From the NCBI GenBank assembly GCA_043228905.1, contig JBHGNT010000012.1, positions 18,848,001 through 18,912,000 on the forward strand: a stretch of DNA of 64,000 bases, given 5' to 3'. Positions 60,755 to 64,000 of this stretch are shown one piece after another. Position numbers and translations under genes: made by a program. Positions within the stretch are counted from its first letter, which is position 1, and every line of letters begins with the position of its first letter. This DNA is from Azolla caroliniana (lineage: Eukaryota > Plantae > Polypodiophyta). The notes below the pieces were generated by a model that saw only the letters and a list, made by a program, of their open reading frames with translations, was not told where the DNA came from and did no database searches.

Positions 60755-63724
60755 GTGTTCGATAAAGTACAAGCCAACACACTTCCTCATCATCGGCCGT
60801 ACGATTGCGCCATCGACTTACAACCGGGAAAAGAGCCGCCATGGGGGCCGATCTACAATTTGTCACCAACCGAGCTAGAAGTCCTCCGAGCCTATATAGA
60901 GGAGAATTTGGAGAACGGTTTCATTCGGCATTCGAAATCTCCAGCCGGTGCACCCATTTTCTTCGTCAAGAAAAAAGATGGCTCGCTTCGACTCGTTGTA
61001 GATTACCGTGGCTTGAATAAGGTCACGGTAAGAAATAGGTATGCTCTTCCCCTTATCTCAAGTCTTTTAGAACGGATCAACGGTGCCAGGTTCTTCACGA
61101 AGATCGACTTACGAGGAGCCTATAACCTCGTACGGATCCGACCAGGAGATGAATGGAAGACCGCGTTTCGCACCAGATATGGGCACTTCGAGTATACGGT
61201 CATGCCGTTCGGACTCACTAATGCGCCGGCAGTCTTCCAGCACATGGCGAATGATATATTTCGAGATCTCTTGGATGATTTTTTGATCATCTATTTGGAT
61301 GATCTACTGGTTTATTCAAAGACCCAAGAAGAACATGATTCTCATGTACTATTAGTACTAAAACGACTTCGAGAACATGGTCTGTATGCAAAGTTAGAGA
61401 AATGTAGTTTCGGGTGCAACCAAGTGGAATTTCTCGGCTATGTCATCTCCTCAGAAGGCATATCTATGGACCCAGCCAAGGTGAAAACGGTGATAGAATG
61501 GCACACTCCGCGTTCGGTGCGGGATGTGCAATGCTTCCTAGGCTTTGCAAATTTTTACCGGAAGTTCATACAAAATTACTCAAAAATTGTGCTGCCTCTC
61601 ACACAGCTCACCAGGAAGGGACAATCATTCATTTGGTCTAAAGAGACGGACATGGCTTTCGAGAGTCTTAAGAAGGCGTTTACATCAGCTCCAATTTTAG
61701 GTCATGTGGATCCGGAAAAACCATTCATTATCGAAGCTGACGCATCGGATTTCGCATTGGGGAGCATTCTGTCACAACAGGGTAACGACGAGAAGCTACA
61801 TCCTGTGGCTTTCCACTCCCGTAAGTTTGACGCCGCCGAAATCAACTACGAAATTCATGATAAAGAGCTATTAGCAATAGTTGATTCTTTTATGCAATGG
61901 AGGCATTTCCTGGAGGGATCTCCTCATCAGGTCACTGTATTCAGTGACCACAAGAACCTTGCCTACTTTCAAGATGCTCGTGTACTGAATCGACGTCAAG
62001 CTCGGTGGGCCCACTTCCTCACACGCTTCGACTTCAAAATTACATATCGTCCGGGGAAGCACCAAGGGAAGGCAGATGCATTATCACGGCGTTCGTATCT
62101 AACACCACGTCCCGGTGAGCCAGCTTTCGATAACCAGAAGCAAGTAATCTTGGGTCCAGCACGACTGCAAGCAGCACAGGTCTTTGACATGCCCGTGGAT
62201 TCCGACATTACCAATACTATACGTGAGGACTTGAAGACTGACGCTTTCGCCCAAGCTATACTAGCACAAATTGACCCCTCTCGAGCGTCATGTTCACAAT
62301 CACAATCACCAGGTACGGATTATCGGCAATTCAAATACTGTGATGGATTACTCTTCTTTAAAGAACTTTTGTATGTTCCTAATGGTTCTTGCCGCCTTCG
62401 AGTAGTACAAAATTGCCATGACACATATACAGCAGGACATTTTGGTAGTACTAAAACATTAGATTTAGTACAACGATCATTCTGGTGGCCCCGTATGCGA
62501 CAATTTGTCGAAGATTTTGTTCGGACTTGCGATACATGCTGCAGAGCGAAAATGCCAAGACATCATCCATATGGTTTATTAGAACCATTACCAATTCCAA
62601 GCAAGCCATGGCAATCCATTGCTCTTGACTTCATTACAGATCTTCCAGTCTCTAAGGGATTCAGTGCGATTCTCACAGTGGTGGATCGATATACGAAGAT
62701 GGCTCATTTCTTACCATGTACTAAAGAAATATCTAGTGAAGACACCGCCGAAATTGTCATGCGGGAAGTATGTCGGCATCATGGACTCCCTGATAATATC
62801 ATCAGCGATCGTGGACCCCAGTTTGTGTCAAAATTCTGGAAGCACCTTTTTAAAATGCTGAAGGTCACTTGTAACCTCTCCTCCGGCTACCACCCACAAA
62901 CCGACGGTCAAGCCGAACGAACAAATCAAACACTGGAGCAGTATCTGCGGTGCTTTCTCAACTATCATCAGAATGACTGGGCAGATATTCTTCAGTTCGC
63001 CGAATTTGCCTATAATAACGCTATCCACGCATCGACTAAAGTCACGCCATTCTACGCTTATACGGGATATCATCCCCGGTGGTGTGTCCTTGAAACCCCA
63101 GAAGTGTCCACAAATCCTTGCGCGGAGGATCGTTTGGAGCGGTTACGCAAGATACAAGCGGATTTATCTACTCAACTCCAGCAAGCTCAACAATCACACA
63201 AGGACTACGCAGATCTTCATCGACTTCCATCCAGTTTTAACATTGGAGATCGGGTGTGGCTGCTACGACGACACATCAAGACTACTCGCCCATGTGAGAA
63301 GTTGGATTATCGGCGATTAGGTCCTTTCCGTATTATCGGGAAGATTAATGATGTCGCTTTTCGTCTCGAGCTACCTCCGCAACTTCGGATACATCCGGTG
63401 TTTCATAGTTCTCTCCTCGAACCCTATCACGAGAGAACTATCCCAGGACGTACTATACAACCACCACCTCCTATCGAGCTCGAAGATGGACCTGAGTATG
63501 AGGTCGCTGCCATCCTCGATTCCAAGATTGTTCGCAACAAGCTCTACTATCTAGTCGATTGGCTAGGATATAGTCCCAGCGAGCGTACTTGGGAACCGAT
63601 CGAGAATGTGACCAATGCTCGTGCTCTTCTAGAAGACTTCCATCGACGATATCCCGAGAAACCGGGTCCTCAATCCAAAACGACTCGTGGAACTCGTCGT
63701 TTTAAAGGGGGGATAGTGTCATAA
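60755..63724 (+). CDS. pol: Uninterrupted chromovirus pol ORF (RT, RNase H, integrase, chromodomain); protease lost
   Basis: 989 aa with YLDD, EADASDFALG, CHD..AGHFG..CDTC, ALDFITDLP, SDRGPQF, GPF and YLVDWLGY..TWEP. Confidence 0.96.
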   Translation: MFDKVQANTLPHHRPYDCAIDLQPGKEPPWGPIYNLSPTELEVLRAYIEENLENGFIRHSKSPAGAPIFFVKKKDGSLRLVVDYRGLNKVTVRNRYALPLISSLLERINGARFFTKIDLRGAYNLVRIRPGDEWKTAFRTRYGHFEYTVMPFGLTNAPAVFQHMANDIFRDLLDDFLIIYLDDLLVYSKTQEEHDSHVLLVLKRLREHGLYAKLEKCSFGCNQVEFLGYVISSEGISMDPAKVKTVIEWHTPRSVRDVQCFLGFANFYRKFIQNYSKIVLPLTQLTRKGQSFIWSKETDMAFESLKKAFTSAPILGHVDPEKPFIIEADASDFALGSILSQQGNDEKLHPVAFHSRKFDAAEINYEIHDKELLAIVDSFMQWRHFLEGSPHQVTVFSDHKNLAYFQDARVLNRRQARWAHFLTRFDFKITYRPGKHQGKADALSRRSYLTPRPGEPAFDNQKQVILGPARLQAAQVFDMPVDSDITNTIREDLKTDAFAQAILAQIDPSRASCSQSQSPGTDYRQFKYCDGLLFFKELLYVPNGSCRLRVVQNCHDTYTAGHFGSTKTLDLVQRSFWWPRMRQFVEDFVRTCDTCCRAKMPRHHPYGLLEPLPIPSKPWQSIALDFITDLPVSKGFSAILTVVDRYTKMAHFLPCTKEISSEDTAEIVMREVCRHHGLPDNIISDRGPQFVSKFWKHLFKMLKVTCNLSSGYHPQTDGQAERTNQTLEQYLRCFLNYHQNDWADILQFAEFAYNNAIHASTKVTPFYAYTGYHPRWCVLETPEVSTNPCAEDRLERLRKIQADLSTQLQQAQQSHKDYADLHRLPSSFNIGDRVWLLRRHIKTTRPCEKLDYRRLGPFRIIGKINDVAFRLELPPQLRIHPVFHSSLLEPYHERTIPGRTIQPPPPIELEDGPEYEVAAILDSKIVRNKLYYLVDWLGYSPSERTWEPIENVTNARALLEDFHRRYPEKPGPQSKTTRGTRRFKGGIVS

Positions 63725-64000
63725 CTAGACTCGAACCCATAACCTTTTGTTACACGGGTCGAGACTTTACCATTAGGTTATGAATTGTAATTTGAAGGAT
63801 ATTATTTTCATTTAGGTTTTATTGGGAAATTGATGTATATTCCAGATTTCTCTGGAACATTCTAGAAACTTCAGGAGTATTCCTGAAGACACTATAAAAG
63901 GAGGCGCAAGGCATTAGTTCGAACCAAATCGGTTCAACGCCAGTCTTAAGCCTTCTAACTACTGTTGTATATCTTCCTTCATATAATACATATATCTTTC

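Larger units (their letters stand above)
59210..64000 (+). mobile_element. Young Tcn1-like chromovirus with an internal fold-back LTR rearrangement
   Basis: 5' LTR 59210-59679; self-complementary PBS 59682-59693; gag 59781-60264; extra U3 60265-60485 plus inverted U5-R to 60726; pol; PPT 63704-63716; 3' LTR from 63717. Confidence 0.95.

Overview
The window is gene-free, densely nested retrotransposon DNA from a eukaryote. Tcn1-like chromoviruses suggest a non-seed land plant, but this is inference. I found no host gene, rRNA or CRISPR array. Contents: four copies (A-D) of a non-chromovirus Ty3/gypsy family with a large extra ORF after pol; four Tcn1-like chromovirus copies or fragments; a second, divergent gypsy family with TGTCGTGAAG termini, including a non-autonomous derivative; one very young near-intact Ty1/copia element plus older copia debris and solo LTRs; two LINE remnants; and a hAT-type MITE. 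The main observation is that all four copies of the extra-ORF family lack a polypurine tract (PPT). In its place, exactly 2 nt before the 3' LTR, is a ~40-nt mimic of a tRNA 3' end (T-arm-like sequence, a covarying mini-hairpin, then ...GTGCCA) that is the reverse complement of the family's own primer-binding site (PBS). This suggests an unusual priming mechanism. Also notable: two chromovirus copies share the same U3/inverted-U5 fold-back junction at a Tf1-like self-priming site, and the LTRs of two gypsy families carry antisense tRNA-like A/B-box modules. All coordinates and alignments were read by eye.
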